Below are positions 37,913 through 48,000 of a stretch of 64,000 bases of DNA, one piece after another. The stretch's first letter is position 1, and every line of letters begins with the position of its first letter. Under the pieces are notes generated by a model, which was given only the letters and a program-made list of their open reading frames with translations, was not told the DNA's origin and made no database searches. The translations under genes were made by a program, and so were the position numbers. The stretch comes from an uncultured Candidatus Rokubacteria bacterium (GTDB taxonomy: Bacteria > Methylomirabilota > Methylomirabilia > Rokubacteriales > DASRDR01), in contig CAWDVE010000016.1 in NCBI GenBank assembly GCA_963805625.1, forward strand, positions 128,001 to 192,000, read 5' to 3'.

Positions 37913-38963
37913 CTAGCGTCCCATCAGCTTCACGGCCTTCAGGGACTGGTAGATCCCGCCGTAGGCCGGGATGGGGACGAACCCGTCGTAGCTCTGGCGG
38001 GTGACGTAGACCTGCTGGGGGAAATCGAGGAAGACGTACGGCGCGTCCTCCATGAGGATCTTCGAGAACTCGGCGTAGTGCCGCTTCCGCTCCGCCTGAT
38101 CGCCGACCCGGCGAGCGGCCTCGAGCTCCGCATCGGCGCGCGGGTTCTTGTAGTGGGCGAAGTTGCGGGCCTTCCACTGGCCCGAGTGCCAGATCGAGTA
38201 GGCGAAGGGATCGGGATCGTGGAAGTTCGTCCAGCCCACGACGATCCCCTCGAAGTCCGACGCGAAGAGCTTCTTGACGAACGTCGGCCAGTCGAGTGGC
38301 TCGACGGTCGCCTCGACCCCGACCTCTTCAGGAACTCCTGGATGATGATCGCCGTGTCCTTGACGGTCTGATCCCCTGGTCGTGCCGCAGCGAGAAGGAC
38401 AGGCGCTTGCCGTCCTTCGTCAGGATCCCGTCCGCCCCGGGCTTCCACCCGGCCTCTGCGAGGAGGGCCTTGGCCCTGTTCGGATCGTAGGCGTAGGGCT
38501 TGACCGACGGGTCGAACGCCCAGCTGCCCGGTGGGAACTGCCCGTTCGAGATCGCCCCGTACCCCTGGAGCACCTCGCGAACGATGGCGGGGACGTCGAT
38601 GGCGTGATAGAAGGCGCGGCGGACGCGAAGGTCGTCGAACGGCGCGAGATCCTGGCGGAAACCGAAGTACGTGTAGGAAGTGTTGTCGGTCGCCAGCACC
38701 TTGAGCCCGGCGGTCTGCTTGAGGCGCCCCACCTCGGTCAGCGGGGGCCGATCGATGAAGTCGACGCCGCCGGCCCGGAGCTCCTGGAGCCGCTGGCGCA
38801 CCTGGGCCGCGACCTCCTGCGAGAACTCGCCGCTGATCAGGACCGCCTCCGGCCCGCCCGGCGCCAGGCGCATCAGCGTGAAGAGGACGACGGAGACGCC
38901 GGCGAGCATCAACCCGGCGAACCCGAGCCGCTTCGCGACGTAGCGCCCGAGACCTCGACTCAT
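37913..38963 (-). pseudogene. Peptide ABC transporter remnant: DppB permease N-terminus fused to C-half of a family 5 SBP, with two frameshifts
   Basis: RYVAKRL...LAPGGP...VRQRL joined at about 38790 to QELRAGGVD...DLRVRRAFYHAID...YDPNRAKALLAEAGW; frameshifts near 38372 and 38323. Confidence 0.85.
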
Positions 38964-39034
38964 CTCTCGCGGTGCAGCGAGGGTGACGCTAGCACCGGCG
39001 CGTGAAGACCGTCAATGGCGGTTCCGGGGCGGGC

Positions 39035-40234
39035 TCACGCCGACGCGCGGCGCCGGACGCGAACCAGGCGATGGCCTACGACCGCGGCCAGTCCGGCGGC
39101 CGCGATCGCGACGGCCATCGGGACCGGCGTGCCGTCGTAGAGACGGCCCACTGCCATGCCATAGGCCGCGGCAGCCGTCAGCTGGAGAAACCCGAGGACG
39201 GCCGACGCCAGACCGGCGGTGCGGGGGAAGGGTCCGATGGCGCCGGCGACGGCGGTCGGCAGCACGATCCCGACGCCGATCGCGAAGGCGTACATGGGCC
39301 CGATCACCGCGGGCACCGTCCAGACGCCGCCCCAGGCCAGCCCCGCCATGAGGCAGCCCGCGACCGCGCCGAGGCTGGTGCCTGCGGCGATCAGACGGTC
39401 GATCCCCGCGCGGGGGGTGAGGCGGGCAGCGAGGAAGCTCCCCGTCATCAAGCCGAACGCGACCAGGCCAAAGCAGAGCCCGTAGACGTCGGGCGGGACC
39501 CGCAGGACCTCGATCAGGACGAATGACGATCCCGAGATGAAGGCGAACTGTCCGCCGAACATGAGCGCCACGACCAGCACGTAGCCGAGGAATGACCGGT
39601 CGCCGAGGAGGTCCGCGACGTTTGTCGTGAGATGTCCGGGCCGGAGCGCGTCGGGGTCGCGCCGGCGGTTGGTCTCCGGCACGAGCAGGAGCGCGAGGCC
39701 GAGGAACGCGGCGCCGCACGCCGCGAGCGCGAGGTACACGGCGCGCCAGCCGAGCGCCACGTGGATGACGCCGCCGACGATCGGGGCGAGGATCGGCGTG
39801 AGCGCCATGGCCGTGCCCATGTAGCCGAGGACGCGGGCGGCCTGCGCGGGCTCGTAGAGGTCGCGGACCACCGCGCGACCGACCACCGGGCCGCTCCCCG
39901 CGCCGAGCGCCTGGAGGACGCGGCCGGCGACGAGGAGCCGGGCCGTCGGCGCCGCCCAGCAGGCGAGGCCGCCGATCACGTACACGACGAGCCCGCCCAG
40001 CAGCACGCGGCGCCGGCCGATGCGGTCGGAGAGCGGGCCGTGGATGAGCTGGGCCACGGCGAACCCCGCGAGGAACAGCGTCACCGTCAGCTGGACCGTT
40101 GCGGGCCGTGCCCCGAGCGCCTCGGCGGTGGCGGGAAGGGACGGCAGCGCCATGTCGATCGATAGCGAGCCGATCGCGACCACGGCCGTGAGCAGGACGG
40201 CGACCGGACCACGGAGGCGGCCGCCCGGGCCCAC
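39035..40234 (-). CDS. Bcr/CflA family multidrug efflux MFS transporter
   Basis: SIDMALPSLP, GPLSDRIGRR, RAVVRDLY, LVPETN, AGLASAVLG. Confidence 0.93.
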   Translation of the reverse strand: MGPGGRLRGPVAVLLTAVVAIGSLSIDMALPSLPATAEALGARPATVQLTVTLFLAGFAVAQLIHGPLSDRIGRRRVLLGGLVVYVIGGLACWAAPTARLLVAGRVLQALGAGSGPVVGRAVVRDLYEPAQAARVLGYMGTAMALTPILAPIVGGVIHVALGWRAVYLALAACGAAFLGLALLLVPETNRRRDPDALRPGHLTTNVADLLGDRSFLGYVLVVALMFGGQFAFISGSSFVLIEVLRVPPDVYGLCFGLVAFGLMTGSFLAARLTPRAGIDRLIAAGTSLGAVAGCLMAGLAWGGVWTVPAVIGPMYAFAIGVGIVLPTAVAGAIGPFPRTAGLASAVLGFLQLTAAAAYGMAVGRLYDGTPVPMAVAIAAAGLAAVVGHRLVRVRRRASA

Positions 40235-40278
40235 CGCCCCGCCGGACGGGGGGTCTGCGGAACGCGTGGATCCGGCCC

Positions 40279-41268
40279 CTACGGCTCTGCTGTCACGAGC
40301 CGCGCGAAGGTCGCCGCGTCGATGTTGGTTCCGCAGACGATGATGCCGACCCGGCGGCCGCGGAGCCGCTCCCGCAGGGGGCCGAGGAGCGCCGCCGTGG
40401 CTGCCGCGCCCGCCGGCTCGACGGCGAGCTTGACGCCCCGGAACAGGAGCCCCATGGCGCGCTTGAGCTCATCGTCGCTCACGATCACGAGATCGTCGAG
40501 GGCGCGGCGGCACAGCTCGAAGCTGTAGGGCGCGGCGTGCGGCGCGCCGAGGCTGTCGGCGATCGTCCGCACCGCCTCGATCGACTGCGGCTTGCCCGCC
40601 GCGAGGCTTCGCCGCATCGAGTCCGCGCCCTCCGGCTCGACCCCGAAGACCTGGCAGCGGGGCAGGGCCAGCTTGACGGCGGTCGCGACGCCGGCGCAGA
40701 GACCGCCCCCCCCGATCGGGATGATGACGGCGTCGAGGTCCGGCACCTGCCCGCAGAGCTCGAGCCCGAGCGTGGCGGTGCCGAGGGCCGTGAGCGGGCC
40801 TTCGAAGGGGTGGACGAAGGTTCGGCCCTCCGTGGCCTCGATCTCGCGCACGCGCTCGAACGCCCGGTGCACGTCCTCGACCAGATCGACCTCGGCACCC
40901 CACCACCGGCAGGCGGCCACGCGGGCGGGGTTGGCCGTCCGCGGCATCACGACCTTTGCGGTCGTGCCGAGGACCCGGGCCGCGTAGCCAACGGCGATGG
41001 CGTGGTTGCCCGCGCTCACCGCGGTGACGCCGCGGGCGAGCGTGGCGCGGTCGAGCGCCAGCATGACGGTCAGCGCGCCCCTTGGCTTGAACGTCCCCGT
41101 GTGCTGGAAGAGCTCGAGCTTGAGGATGGCCCGGGTGCTCGCGTCCAGATGGTCGGTGATCTCGCGGCTGCGCCACCACCACACGGGCGTCTCGACGACC
41201 CGGTCGCCGAGCCGCACCCGGGCGGCGCGAATCTCGGGGAGCGTCGGTGCGGACACGTCCGTCCTCAT
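40279..41268 (-). CDS. Threonine/serine dehydratase (PLP, fold type II)
   Basis: KLELFQHTGTFKPRGA, SAGNHA, PIGGGGL, VEPAGAAA; ATG overlaps upstream stop. Confidence 0.92.
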   Translation of the reverse strand: MRTDVSAPTLPEIRAARVRLGDRVVETPVWWWRSREITDHLDASTRAILKLELFQHTGTFKPRGALTVMLALDRATLARGVTAVSAGNHAIAVGYAARVLGTTAKVVMPRTANPARVAACRWWGAEVDLVEDVHRAFERVREIEATEGRTFVHPFEGPLTALGTATLGLELCGQVPDLDAVIIPIGGGGLCAGVATAVKLALPRCQVFGVEPEGADSMRRSLAAGKPQSIEAVRTIADSLGAPHAAPYSFELCRRALDDLVIVSDDELKRAMGLLFRGVKLAVEPAGAAATAALLGPLRERLRGRRVGIIVCGTNIDAATFARLVTAEP

Positions 41269-42113
41269 CTGGCCGTGGGGGTCGAGGCCGTCGGCAGCGG
41301 CATCCCGTGGTTGCCCCGGTAGTCGGCCGGCTCGGGCGACCGCCAGCCTGCGAGGAGCCCGGTCTCCGGCTGCCAGATCTCGACGCCGAGCGGCCGGCAG
41401 ACCTCGATCGGGTCGCGGGCCCCCGGGCCCCACAGCGGGATGGAGAGGTCGCCGCCGGGGCAGGTCGAGATCGCGCAGAGGAGGTCGATCTCGGCGAAGA
41501 TCTCGAAGAAGTCACCCTTCTTCGCCGGACTGGCCTTCATGAAGTAGCGGTCGTCCTGAAGTCCGGTCACCTGGAAGATGTTGAGCACGTCGTGGACGTC
41601 CAGCTCGGTGAGCCGCCACGGCGCGATCGCCCGGACCAGGTTCGAGTGGCAGCAGAAGTCGAACTCCTGCCCCGTCAGGAGCTTGGTGACGTAGGGATCA
41701 CAGCGCGTCCCGAGGAGGTCGTGGCAGCGGCCGCCGTCGGCATCGATCCCGTACTGGAGCGTGTCGTTCGTGATCGTCGCCATCGGACGCAGATAGGGGA
41801 GCGTCGACCAGAGGCGATCGTGGGTCGTGACGTGAGCCCGATGAAGCTGCTTCGTCCGCGATGCCCAGAAGCGCTCGCGCGGGTTGTGGAGGTGCCAGGC
41901 GTTGAAGTCCGCCACCTGGGGACCCTCGACGGTGACGATCCGGCACAGCTGGCCGGCGCGGACGGGCCACGCGCGTCCCGACCGGATCGGTACCACGAAA
42001 CGGTCAACGAGGGTCCGCGTGGTGGTCTCCCGGGCGAGGCGGTCGTAGAAGGCGCGGTCCACCACGAGGGGGCCGCTCGGGGTCGAGGGGAGATAGGTCC
42101 AGGGTCGCGACAT
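41265..42113 (-). CDS. DUF1989 (urea carboxylase-associated) family protein
   Basis: EGPQVADFN, CHDLLGTRCDPY, CCHSNL, VHDVLNIF, AEIDLLCAISTCP. Confidence 0.9.
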   Translation of the reverse strand: MSRPWTYLPSTPSGPLVVDRAFYDRLARETTTRTLVDRFVVPIRSGRAWPVRAGQLCRIVTVEGPQVADFNAWHLHNPRERFWASRTKQLHRAHVTTHDRLWSTLPYLRPMATITNDTLQYGIDADGGRCHDLLGTRCDPYVTKLLTGQEFDFCCHSNLVRAIAPWRLTELDVHDVLNIFQVTGLQDDRYFMKASPAKKGDFFEIFAEIDLLCAISTCPGGDLSIPLWGPGARDPIEVCRPLGVEIWQPETGLLAGWRSPEPADYRGNHGMPLPTASTPTAR

Positions 42114-42209
42114 CGTCGGCCTCCGGTCAGAGTGTGCGGGCGCCACTCTAGCACGGGCGCCCGAGGGGAGTCCGCCACGCTCGGGACTCGCGGCGATGCG
42201 GATTCGTCC

Positions 42210-43244
42210 TCAGGCGAAACGCCAGCCGTCGAGTGCGGCCGGGTCGTCGGGCCGGATGCGGAGCGGGAGATCGTGCGGGGCGAGGATCCCAGCGTCGATC
42301 AGGGGCTCGAGCCCCGCCGCCAGGGCGAGCGGCCGCGAGAGGCGCGGCATCAGGGGGAGACGGTCGGCCCAGGGGCTTGCCCTGGCCGGCAGCTGCGGCC
42401 CTTCGCCGTCAGGCGTCCACACGCGAAGGTCGGGCTCGCGGCCGACCCGGCGAGCGAGGATCGGCACCTGCGTCCAGAGCGTGCGCGGGCGCGCCGGCGG
42501 GATCGGCTCGGCGAATCCTGACACCACGTCCCACCAGAGCAGCTCCGCCAGCGGGTGCGGGCGGCGCGCGGAGCGCGCGGCCGGCCGCGCGGCTCGCTTC
42601 CATGTGAGCGTGACGGCCAGCGACCGGCGTCGGCACACGACCGCGTGCGGTGTCCGGGCGGGCAGGTGGAACAGCGTGCCGGCCTCGAGGTCGAAGGTGC
42701 GCCATCCCGGCTGACGGCCGCTCCTGGGCGGCCGGTCCTCGAGCTCTTCGGGGGTGCCTGGCGGCACCCGGGGCCCGATGGTCACCGTCCTTCGCCCCTC
42801 GAGCTGGAGCCAGAACGCATCGACCTCCCCGTCGTGGTGGAGCCCCATGCCCGCCCGCCCCGCCCCCTCGACGACGAACAGGAACGAGCACTCCTCCCGG
42901 GCGTCGCCCGCTGCCGGCGTGAAGAAGGCGTTCCGGAGGCTGACCATGAGCCGCATCAGGCGCGGCAGTACCTGGTGCACCTGCGGGAGATAGGCCGTCT
43001 GCCCGGACGCCAGGGCGGCCGCGAGACGCCGCGGGTCCCCCGACCGGTCGACCTGGCGCTCCGCCGCGATCTGGAATGGAAGCCCGCTGCCGGCCATCCT
43101 GACGCACGCGGCAAAGTCGGGAGCGATGGCGCGCCAGGCCTGATCGCGCGGCGGGAGGACGACCGGCACGCGACCAAGGGCTCGCCGGTGGAACGCTGCC
43201 AGTGCGCGGTCGCCGGGAAACCAGCTTCCCAGCGGCGACACCAC
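42210..43244 (-). CDS. JmjC/cupin-like Fe(II)/2OG oxygenase
   Basis: MGLHHDGEVDAFWLQLEGRRTV (HxD), LEAGTLFHLPARTPHAV; start uncertain. Confidence 0.75.
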   Translation of the reverse strand: MVSPLGSWFPGDRALAAFHRRALGRVPVVLPPRDQAWRAIAPDFAACVRMAGSGLPFQIAAERQVDRSGDPRRLAAALASGQTAYLPQVHQVLPRLMRLMVSLRNAFFTPAAGDAREECSFLFVVEGAGRAGMGLHHDGEVDAFWLQLEGRRTVTIGPRVPPGTPEELEDRPPRSGRQPGWRTFDLEAGTLFHLPARTPHAVVCRRRSLAVTLTWKRAARPAARSARRPHPLAELLWWDVVSGFAEPIPPARPRTLWTQVPILARRVGREPDLRVWTPDGEGPQLPARASPWADRLPLMPRLSRPLALAAGLEPLIDAGILAPHDLPLRIRPDDPAALDGWRFA

Positions 43245-43482
43245 CGCGCGTCGAGGATCGAGCCGGCCAGGAGTCACGCGAGTCGGTGCCCGGATCGAGC
43301 CATCATGCCGCAGGATAGGGGAGACACGTGCCGCGAACAACCCGCGGGGCCTGTCGCGGCTTCCCGGGCGTCTGGCCCCGATCGGCGGGGTGGACGCGGG
43401 GCGGCGACCGCGGTAGAGAGGAAGGGCTATTCGTGCCGGCATCCCGTCGGCTTCCCGTCACCCTCCATCCCGCGGAGGTCCA

Positions 43483-43995
43483 ATGATCGTCGAAGGCAAG
43501 CTCGCCAGCCTGGGGCTCCCACTCCCCGACCTCGAGGCCGACTACCGCAAGAATCGATCAGGCGCGCGGTTCGTCTCGCACCGCGCCGTGGGCTCGCTCC
43601 TGTACCTGTCCGGCACCGTGCCGATCCGCGACGAGGAGCCGTATCTCCCGGGCCTGCTCGGCGGCGGGCTCACGATCCAGGAAGGGTACGAGGCGGCGCG
43701 CTGGGCGCTGGTCCAGGCGCTGTCGGCCGTGAAGTACGCGCTCGGTGACCTGGACCGATTCGATACCGCGATCCACCTGACCGGCTACGTGAACTCGGCG
43801 CCGGGCTTCGCCGACCAGCCGCGGGTCATCAACGGAGCGACCGACCTGCTCGTCGAGCTCTACGGGGAGCGGGGCAAGCCCACTCGGGCGGCGATCGGGT
43901 GCCACGGCCTGGCCCTGAACTCCTCGGTCGAGCTCGTGCTCGTCCTCAGCTTCACGGGCGCCGACGTGCGCCCGCCGCTCGGCCGGGACCGCTGA
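43483..43995 (+). CDS. RidA/YjgF family protein
   Basis: LYLSGTVP, GYVNSAPGFADQPRVINGATDLL, PTRAAIG. Confidence 0.9.
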   Translation: MIVEGKLASLGLPLPDLEADYRKNRSGARFVSHRAVGSLLYLSGTVPIRDEEPYLPGLLGGGLTIQEGYEAARWALVQALSAVKYALGDLDRFDTAIHLTGYVNSAPGFADQPRVINGATDLLVELYGERGKPTRAAIGCHGLALNSSVELVLVLSFTGADVRPPLGRDR

Positions 43996-43997
43996 GC

Positions 43998-44025
43998 CCG
44001 CTGACCGGCCGGCGCCGGTCAGCGG
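43998..44025 (+). terminator. 12-bp stem-loop after the RidA gene
   Basis: CCGCTGACCGGC-CGGC-GCCGGTCAGCGG; no U-tract. Confidence 0.5.
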
Positions 44026-44258
44026 AGGAGCCCCTAGCCGGGTCACCGCCTGCTCGCCCGCGTGAGGAAGACTCCCGTCCGCCAGGAGCCCCGCCATCGG
44101 TCAGGAGCGAGGCCCCGCGGACCAGGCGGCGGGCCGGCGCCGGGGCCGGGCTGCCGGTAAGGGCTGCCGTCACCCGCTCCCGGCACCAGACAGGCGCACC
44201 CGGGCGGCGCGGCCCGAACACGCCAGGTATAATGCGGAGATTCGGCGGGAGGCGACGC

Positions 44259-44891
44259 GTGCCAGGGCAGATCCAGTCGTGGTTCAAGGTCCGGTTCTTC
44301 ACCGGTGTTTTTGTCACGTTGCCGGTGGTGCTGACCGCCTGGGTCTTCTGGCTCTTCTACTCGTCGGTCGACGACTTCATGGCCCCCCTCTACGAGCACC
44401 TCCTCGGGCGGCACCTGCCCGGGCTCGGCTTCCTTACTGCGGTCCTCATCATCTTCTGCGTCGGTGTGTTCGCCACCAACGTCGTCGGGCGGCGGATCCT
44501 GCAGTGGGCGGAGCGCGTGATCCGCTACATCCCGCTCGTCCGTCGCGTCTATCCGACGGTCAAGGACTTCGTGGACGCGTTCTCACCGAATCGCCGGTCC
44601 GGCTTCCGCGAGTTCGTCGTCGTCGAGCATCCGCGTGACGGAGCGTACTCGTACGGGTTCCTGACCGGCGACGTGCGCATCGAGGGGACGAAGCCCGACG
44701 CGCTCGCGTCGGTCTACGTGCCGACGAACCACCTCTACCTGGGCGACATCGTCCTCGTGCCACGGGACGCGGTCGTGTCGACGGGACTGTCCGTCGAGGA
44801 CGGCATCCGAATCATTCTCTCGGCCGGCACGGCGGCGCCGCGCCGGATCCCCCTCGAGGGAGACGGTGGGCTCGGCGCCGCCGCAACGTGA
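44259..44891 (+). CDS. DUF502 domain membrane protein
   Basis: FFTGVFVTLPVVLT, IPLVRRVYPTVKD, VYVPTN; TATAAT at 44228 and GGAGG before GTG 44259. Confidence 0.9.
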   Translation: MPGQIQSWFKVRFFTGVFVTLPVVLTAWVFWLFYSSVDDFMAPLYEHLLGRHLPGLGFLTAVLIIFCVGVFATNVVGRRILQWAERVIRYIPLVRRVYPTVKDFVDAFSPNRRSGFREFVVVEHPRDGAYSYGFLTGDVRIEGTKPDALASVYVPTNHLYLGDIVLVPRDAVVSTGLSVEDGIRIILSAGTAAPRRIPLEGDGGLGAAAT

Positions 44892-44913
44892 CGCTTCCAA
44901 GGAGACCAGCGCC

Positions 44914-45450
44914 ATGAAGTTTCTCTGCATCGCGTGCGACCAGGCCATGCGGCTCTCGGGAACGGGGGGGCCGGACGCGGGCTCGCTCACCGTCACCTTC
45001 ACCTGCCCAGCCTGCGGTCACCGGGTGGCCATGCTGACGAATCCCTGGGAGACGCAGATGGTCCGCACGCTGGGTGTGAAGGTCGGCGGCGCCCCCGCCG
45101 AGTCGCCCGCTCCGTTCGCCGCCGTTCGGGCCGGTCTAGCGCACCAGCGGGAAGGGGGGCTCGTCGCCGAGGCGCCTGATCCCGGGAGCGGGTCCCTGGC
45201 CACCGCGGCGGCAGGCGTTCCCGCGACGGACGGGCCCGGCTGTCCCTTCGCGGCGATGATTGGCGGGACCGGGGCAACCGCGGCAGCCACCGTCGCCTGG
45301 ACTGTCGACGCTGCGGGGCGCCTCGAGCGCATCCCGGCCTTCATCCGCCCGATGGCCCGACAGGCGATCGAGCGGTTCGCGCAGGAACGGGGCTATTCGA
45401 CGGTGACCGACGAGGTCATGGACCAGGCGCGCGACTTCATGGGGATGTAG
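44914..45450 (+). CDS. Zn-ribbon + PCP_red (BchB/ChlB C-terminal-like) domain protein
   Basis: MKFLCIACD...FTCPACG; GCPF; WTVDAAGRLERIPAFIRPMARQAIERFAQERG...VT. Confidence 0.85.
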   Translation: MKFLCIACDQAMRLSGTGGPDAGSLTVTFTCPACGHRVAMLTNPWETQMVRTLGVKVGGAPAESPAPFAAVRAGLAHQREGGLVAEAPDPGSGSLATAAAGVPATDGPGCPFAAMIGGTGATAAATVAWTVDAAGRLERIPAFIRPMARQAIERFAQERGYSTVTDEVMDQARDFMGM

Positions 45451-46366
45451 ACGGGGGCTCCGCCTCCTCGGGCTCGAGATCCAGGACGTCCACCGGGAGC
45501 AGGTGGAAGCGCTCGCTGGCCCAGGCGGGGGGCCGACCGGCCAGCAGGATCTGCCGGAACGCAGCCAGAGTCGCATTCTGCGGAATCTCGGGGTGGCCGT
45601 CGAGCGCGGCCCAGAACTCCTCCGGCTCGTCGTGCGCCCACCGTGAGACCCGGGCCACCGTCGCGAAGAATCGGCGCACCTTCCGCTCGACGGCGCGCTC
45701 GACGGTGGGCCGGGCGAGCGTGGTGGCGAGCTGGGCGACCGCACCCATGAGGGGCGTGTCGAGCCGCATGTGCCCGGTGACGCTCGCCTCTACGCGGGTG
45801 CCCCCCGCCGGGTCGTCCTCGTGCTGGAACTCGATCATCACGAGCATCCGTCCCTGGATCGTGGGGAGCCCGCGCGTCTCGTACATCCCGTCCAGGTGGT
45901 AGAGACGCCGGCCCTCGTCCGCATAGAGCACCCGGATCATGCCGCGGGCGCCCCGGCTGTCGTCGCCCCAGAAGCCGTCGTCCCGCGCCTCCACCTGGTA
46001 TTTCCCGAGCCGGAGGGCGCGGGCGACGGCGGCGGCGAAGTCCGGGTGGTCGAGCAGGAAGCGGAAGACCGGCTCGCGGCTCCGGCTGCGGAGCCCGGTG
46101 ACCCGCTGGGAGAACAGGCTCGTTCCGAGCACGGCCTCGGCGAGCCCGCGAGCCTCGTCATCGAGGCGGGCGAGCGGGACACCGAGCGGTAGCGCGTCGA
46201 GCGTCACGATCGGACCCGTCGGATCGCGAGGCGACTCGACAGGCTCCGCGCCGACGCCGCGCGCGCTTACGGCCAGTGCCGCGACGGCCAGGAGCACGAG
46301 GCCGAGCCGGATTCGGCCGGGCGCTGGCGGGCGATACCGGACCGGGGGTGGGGGGCTGACGGGCAT
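45437..46366 (-). CDS. Exported hypothetical protein (possibly START/SRPBCC-like)
   Basis: Signal peptide LGLVLLAVAALAVSARG; FLLDHPDFAAAVARAL; coding-like codon bias. Confidence 0.65.
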   Translation of the reverse strand: MPVSPPPPVRYRPPAPGRIRLGLVLLAVAALAVSARGVGAEPVESPRDPTGPIVTLDALPLGVPLARLDDEARGLAEAVLGTSLFSQRVTGLRSRSREPVFRFLLDHPDFAAAVARALRLGKYQVEARDDGFWGDDSRGARGMIRVLYADEGRRLYHLDGMYETRGLPTIQGRMLVMIEFQHEDDPAGGTRVEASVTGHMRLDTPLMGAVAQLATTLARPTVERAVERKVRRFFATVARVSRWAHDEPEEFWAALDGHPEIPQNATLAAFRQILLAGRPPAWASERFHLLPVDVLDLEPEEAEPPSTSP

Positions 46367-46474
46367 GACAAGCGCTCCCACGGCTACCCTACCACGGCGC
46401 CGGGGGGCCCGGTCCCGGGCCGTCGCCATTTCGTACGGGGTCGGGCCCCCCCCGCTGTTACAATGACGCCTCAT

Positions 46475-47398
46475 ATGGCTCTTCGAAACGGTTTCGCGGT
46501 TCGCGGGCTCGGTTTTGTGGTCGCGCTCGGGCTTGCCCTGGCGATGTTGCAGCCGGCGGCGGCCTCGACCGCGAGCACCCCCGGCGGGGCTCCGGTGGGC
46601 AACGTGCCGGTCTCGGCCGAGGCGGTCGTGCTCCTCGACCTCGAGACGGGCAAGGTGCTCTTCGAGAAGAACGCCGAGGAGGACCGCGCACCGGCGAGCC
46701 TCGTGAAGATGATGACCCTCTACATCGCCTACGACGAGCTCCGCGCGGGGCAGGTGAAGCGGGGCGAGCCGGTGACGATCGGCCCGAACGTGATGCGGAC
46801 GCCGCGATTCCGGATCGGGCTCGCCACCGGCCAGATCGTGCCGTTCGAGACGCTGCTCGCGGCCGTCGCCATCGCGTCCGCGAACGACGCCGCGACCGCC
46901 GTCGCGGAGCGTCTGGCGATGAACGAGGAGAGGTTCGTCGAGCGCATGAACGTCGAGGCGGAGCGCCTGGGGCTCACCCACACCGTGTTCGCCAACCCGC
47001 ACGGGCTGCCGGACGCCCGTCAGCGGACGACGGCGCGGGACATGGCCGCCCTGGCGGAGCATCTCCTCCGGGATTTCCCCGAGAGCCGCGTCCTCCTCGG
47101 TGACTCGGACTTCGTGTGGCGAGGGCGAATCTTCCGGCGTCGGATCCCGCTCTTCCGGGATCCGGGGGGCGTGACGGCGCTCAAGACCGGGTTCACGCTG
47201 GAGGCGGGCTACAACATCGCCGTGGCCGCCGGGCGTGCGGGCCAGCGGCTGCTCTGCGTGGTGCTGGGGGCCGAGACGCGGGGCCTGTCGTTCCTCGACG
47301 CCGGCCGGCTCCTCAAGTTCGGGTTCGGCGAGCCGCTCGGCAACTCGGGGCGCACCGGCCGCCACTGGCGGGTGCGCGGTCGCGCAGTCCCCCACTAG
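46475..47398 (+). CDS. D-alanyl-D-alanine carboxypeptidase (peptidase S11)
   Basis: PASLVKM (SxxK), SAND (SxN), NPHGL, KTG; extended -10 TGTTACAAT at 46456-46464. Confidence 0.95.
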   Translation: MALRNGFAVRGLGFVVALGLALAMLQPAAASTASTPGGAPVGNVPVSAEAVVLLDLETGKVLFEKNAEEDRAPASLVKMMTLYIAYDELRAGQVKRGEPVTIGPNVMRTPRFRIGLATGQIVPFETLLAAVAIASANDAATAVAERLAMNEERFVERMNVEAERLGLTHTVFANPHGLPDARQRTTARDMAALAEHLLRDFPESRVLLGDSDFVWRGRIFRRRIPLFRDPGGVTALKTGFTLEAGYNIAVAAGRAGQRLLCVVLGAETRGLSFLDAGRLLKFGFGEPLGNSGRTGRHWRVRGRAVPH

Positions 47399-47425
47399 CC
47401 TCCGGCGTCGTGCTGCCGGCGGGGC

Positions 47426-47884
47426 CTACTCGGGCTCGACGGCCCGCCGGACGATGCGACCCTCCCCGTCCACGTAGAGGAGGACCAGCTCGTACTGGTT
47501 GAGGCGGTCGCCTCGATCCTCACCGTAGTAGCGGTTCGGATTCACATCGACGACCACGGCGCGCCGGTAGACCAGCACCGGGCCGACATCCGATGAGCGG
47601 ACCTCATGGGGGGGGCCGAATCGCTGGACCGCCTCGTCACGCGTGTTCACCGCGGCGAGGTCATCCCCGGGGGTGAGCGGCGGCTGCCGGAGCGGCGCCA
47701 GCTGGGCGCACGCACCCAGGGCGAGGCCCATCGCCAGGAGCCCCAGGCGGCGCAGGGACTTCGCGCGCGGTAATGCTCCACCCTGGACATCGCGGGCTCC
47801 CGGGTCGCGAGGATGCGGCTCTGCCCCCCGGGGGGTCCCTCCCGCGCGATTCCGATGACCCCGGTGTTTGACGGTCGGCGACAT
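47426..47884 (-). CDS. Hypothetical lipoprotein
   Basis: Lipobox LALGAC; TRDEAVQRFGPP (SmpA/BamE-like pattern); TACAAT just upstream. Confidence 0.6.
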   Translation of the reverse strand: MSPTVKHRGHRNRAGGTPRGAEPHPRDPGARDVQGGALPRAKSLRRLGLLAMGLALGACAQLAPLRQPPLTPGDDLAAVNTRDEAVQRFGPPHEVRSSDVGPVLVYRRAVVVDVNPNRYYGEDRGDRLNQYELVLLYVDGEGRIVRRAVEPE

Positions 47885-48000
47885 GGCACCTCATTGTACG
47901 GGCTTGGGTCGGAGGCCGGCAAGGCTGCGGCCGCGGCGGGATGGGTCGGCTCGACGGGCCGTCCGGCGCGTCCGCGAGACGGGACGTGGAGGAGGGGGGC

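Noticed and set aside
42114-42209. Guanidine riboswitch upstream of DUF1989
   Set aside because: The leader after TGCTAGAGT is very short and lacks ykkC, mini-ykkC (twin ACGR loops) or ykkC-III features.
44026-44227. Possible small gene or sRNA between the RidA and DUF502 genes
   Set aside because: GC-rich sequence with no convincing start, motif or RNA-family features.
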